A stretch of 32,000 bases of DNA from Xylella taiwanensis. Lineage in GTDB: Bacteria; Pseudomonadota; Gammaproteobacteria; Xanthomonadales; Xanthomonadaceae. Within the stretch, counting starts at the first letter, position 1, and each line of letters starts with the position of its first letter. This document shows positions 30,580 through 32,000 of this stretch, piece after piece. The translations under genes and the position numbers were made by a program. The DNA is taken from positions 1,140,001 through 1,172,000 of the forward strand of contig NZ_CP053627.1 in the NCBI RefSeq assembly GCF_013177435.1. The letters are read 5' to 3'. The notes under the pieces were generated by a model. The model searched no databases. It was not told the origin of the DNA and worked only from the letters and a program-made list of their open reading frames with translations.

Positions 30580-32000
30580 ATGATTTCTCTACGTCATTTC
30601 GCAATGCGCCGCGGTGGGCGGTTGTTGTTGTCCAATGTCGATGTCACCTTGCATGCGGGTAATCGTGTTGGCGTCGTTGGTCGCAATGGTGTTGGAAAGT
30701 CCAGTCTGTTTGCAGCGATCCGTGGTGAATTGGAAGCGGACAAGGGCAATGTCGAGTTACCAGGAAAACTACGTATTGCCAGTGTTGCGCAGGAAACCCC
30801 GTCGTTGCCGGATTCGGCTATCGATTTTGTACTCAGTGGCGACGATGTGGTTGCCACGGTGCTGCGTGTCGAGGCCGAGGCCAATGCACGCGAGGATTGG
30901 GAGGCGGTTGCCGCTGCGCATCAGCGGTTAGCCGAGATCGGTGGTTACGATGCCGAAGCGCGTGCAGGTAAGTTGCTGCATGGCTTGGGTTTCCCCGCGG
31001 AGACTCAGCAGCGTCCAGTCTCAACTTTCTCTGGTGGTTGGCGGGTGCGTTTGAACCTGGCACGTGCACTGATGATGCCGAGCGATCTGTTGTTGCTGGA
31101 CGAACCAACCAACCATCTGGATATGGATGCCGTGCTCTGGCTGGAACAATGGTTGCTGAAGTACCCCGGTACGTTATTGCTGATCAGCCATGATCGTGAG
31201 TTCTTGGACAACGTTGCTACGCATGCTCTGCACTTACATGATGGCAACGCCAAGCTATACGTAGGTGGCTACACTGACTTCGAGCGTCAACGTGCCGAGC
31301 AGCTACGTCAGCAACAGATTGCTTTCGAGAAGGATCAAGCCGAGCGGGTTCACTTGCAGAGCTTCATCGACCGTTTTAAGGCGAAGGCATCGAAGGCTCG
31401 GCAGGCGCAGAGCCGGATTAAACGTCTAGAGAAGTTGGCTGGAACGGAGGCCGTGCGTGTGGAGCGTGAATTCCACATTACATTCGCGCCGCCAACCAAG
31501 CTGCCGCATTCGTTGATCACGTTACAGCAGGTGAATTGCGGTTATTCGCGATGCTCCTCGTCTGCCACCTTTGATCCTGCACCTGTCAGCATCAATACCG
31601 CTGGACATTCGCAGCATGCTGTGATTCTTCGCGGTGTTGACTTTGGTCTTGAGGCTGGGGATCGCATCGGTCTGCTCGGCCCCAATGGCGCTGGTAAATC
31701 GACGCTGGTCAAGACATTGGTGGGTGACCTGCCCCCCTTGGCTGGTGAGCGTATTGCTCATCCTGACCTGCGTATCGGCTATTTTGCACAACATACGGTC
31801 GAATCACTGTATGAGGGGCAGTCGCCGATTGATCATTTCCGTAGGCTTTCACCCGAGGTGTCGATCCAATCCTTGCGTGATTTTTTGGCCAAGTGGAATT
31901 TTCCTGGGGATCGCGCATTCGAGTCCGTGGATGGTTTTTCGGGCGGTGAGCGTGCGCGTCTGGCCTTGTCGTTGATTGCTTGGCGGCAGCCGAATGTGTT
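30580..32000 (+). CDS. yheS: ABC-F family ATPase, YheS-like (5' partial; continues beyond the window)
   Basis: This frame is not in the ORF track because it has no stop before the window end. It starts MISLRHFAMRRGGRLLLSNVDVTLHAGNRVGVVGRNGVGKSSLF (Walker A). It continues with FSGGWRVRLNLARAL, LLLLDEPTNHLD, the linker QSFIDRFKAKASKARQAQSRIKRLEK, the second Walker A GLLGPNGAGKSTL, and FSGGERARLAL. It is collinear with E. coli YheS as I recall it. Confidence 0.9.
   Translation, partial: MISLRHFAMRRGGRLLLSNVDVTLHAGNRVGVVGRNGVGKSSLFAAIRGELEADKGNVELPGKLRIASVAQETPSLPDSAIDFVLSGDDVVATVLRVEAEANAREDWEAVAAAHQRLAEIGGYDAEARAGKLLHGLGFPAETQQRPVSTFSGGWRVRLNLARALMMPSDLLLLDEPTNHLDMDAVLWLEQWLLKYPGTLLLISHDREFLDNVATHALHLHDGNAKLYVGGYTDFERQRAEQLRQQQIAFEKDQAERVHLQSFIDRFKAKASKARQAQSRIKRLEKLAGTEAVRVEREFHITFAPPTKLPHSLITLQQVNCGYSRCSSSATFDPAPVSINTAGHSQHAVILRGVDFGLEAGDRIGLLGPNGAGKSTLVKTLVGDLPPLAGERIAHPDLRIGYFAQHTVESLYEGQSPIDHFRRLSPEVSIQSLRDFLAKWNFPGDRAFESVDGFSGGERARLALSLIAWRQPNV

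Overview
This is a 32-kb gammaproteobacterial chromosomal window with moderate G+C, and almost all coding is on the minus strand. The proteins look Xanthomonadales-like, but I cannot verify the taxon without a search.

Left third (about 205-10,480): a complete, intact-looking high-affinity K+ uptake module. It reads as one tightly packed operon: TorF-family porin, a 27-codon hydrophobic micro-ORF, kdpF, kdpA, kdpB, kdpC, kdpD, kdpE. Mobile-element wreckage borders it:
- an IS5-family transposase relic at 1-204, cut by a Tn3-family terminal inverted repeat starting at 205
- a Tn3-family tnpA pseudogene at 205 to about 930
- a second IS5-type relic at about 10,900-11,520

Lys codon usage in kdpA differs from pstS, and I read the module as a horizontally acquired, transposon-associated island.

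The rest is housekeeping backbone, in this order:
- apaH-apaG-rsmA, with a 1.1-kb gene-poor gap where pdxA usually sits
- rnt
- pstS-pstC-pstA-pstB-phoU
- a YbaL-type CPA2 antiporter
- a third IS5-type relic
- an intact TonB-dependent receptor
- about 1.3 kb of unassigned AT-rich DNA
- a cytoplasmic DsbA/FrnE-like oxidoreductase, preceded by an overlapping Cys-rich small ORF
- a paralogous TonB-dependent receptor that is a multi-lesion pseudogene containing a 10-nt poly-G/C tract
- the first 1.4 kb of a YheS-type ABC-F ATPase, which runs off the window

I found no rRNA, tRNA, CRISPR array, or recognisable defence or toxin-antitoxin system. I do not see a convincing novel multi-gene system. The most unusual items are the porin and micro-ORF fused to the kdp operon, the Tn3-in-IS5 junction, the homopolymer tract in the decayed receptor, and the Cys-rich ORF coupled to the dsbA-like gene.
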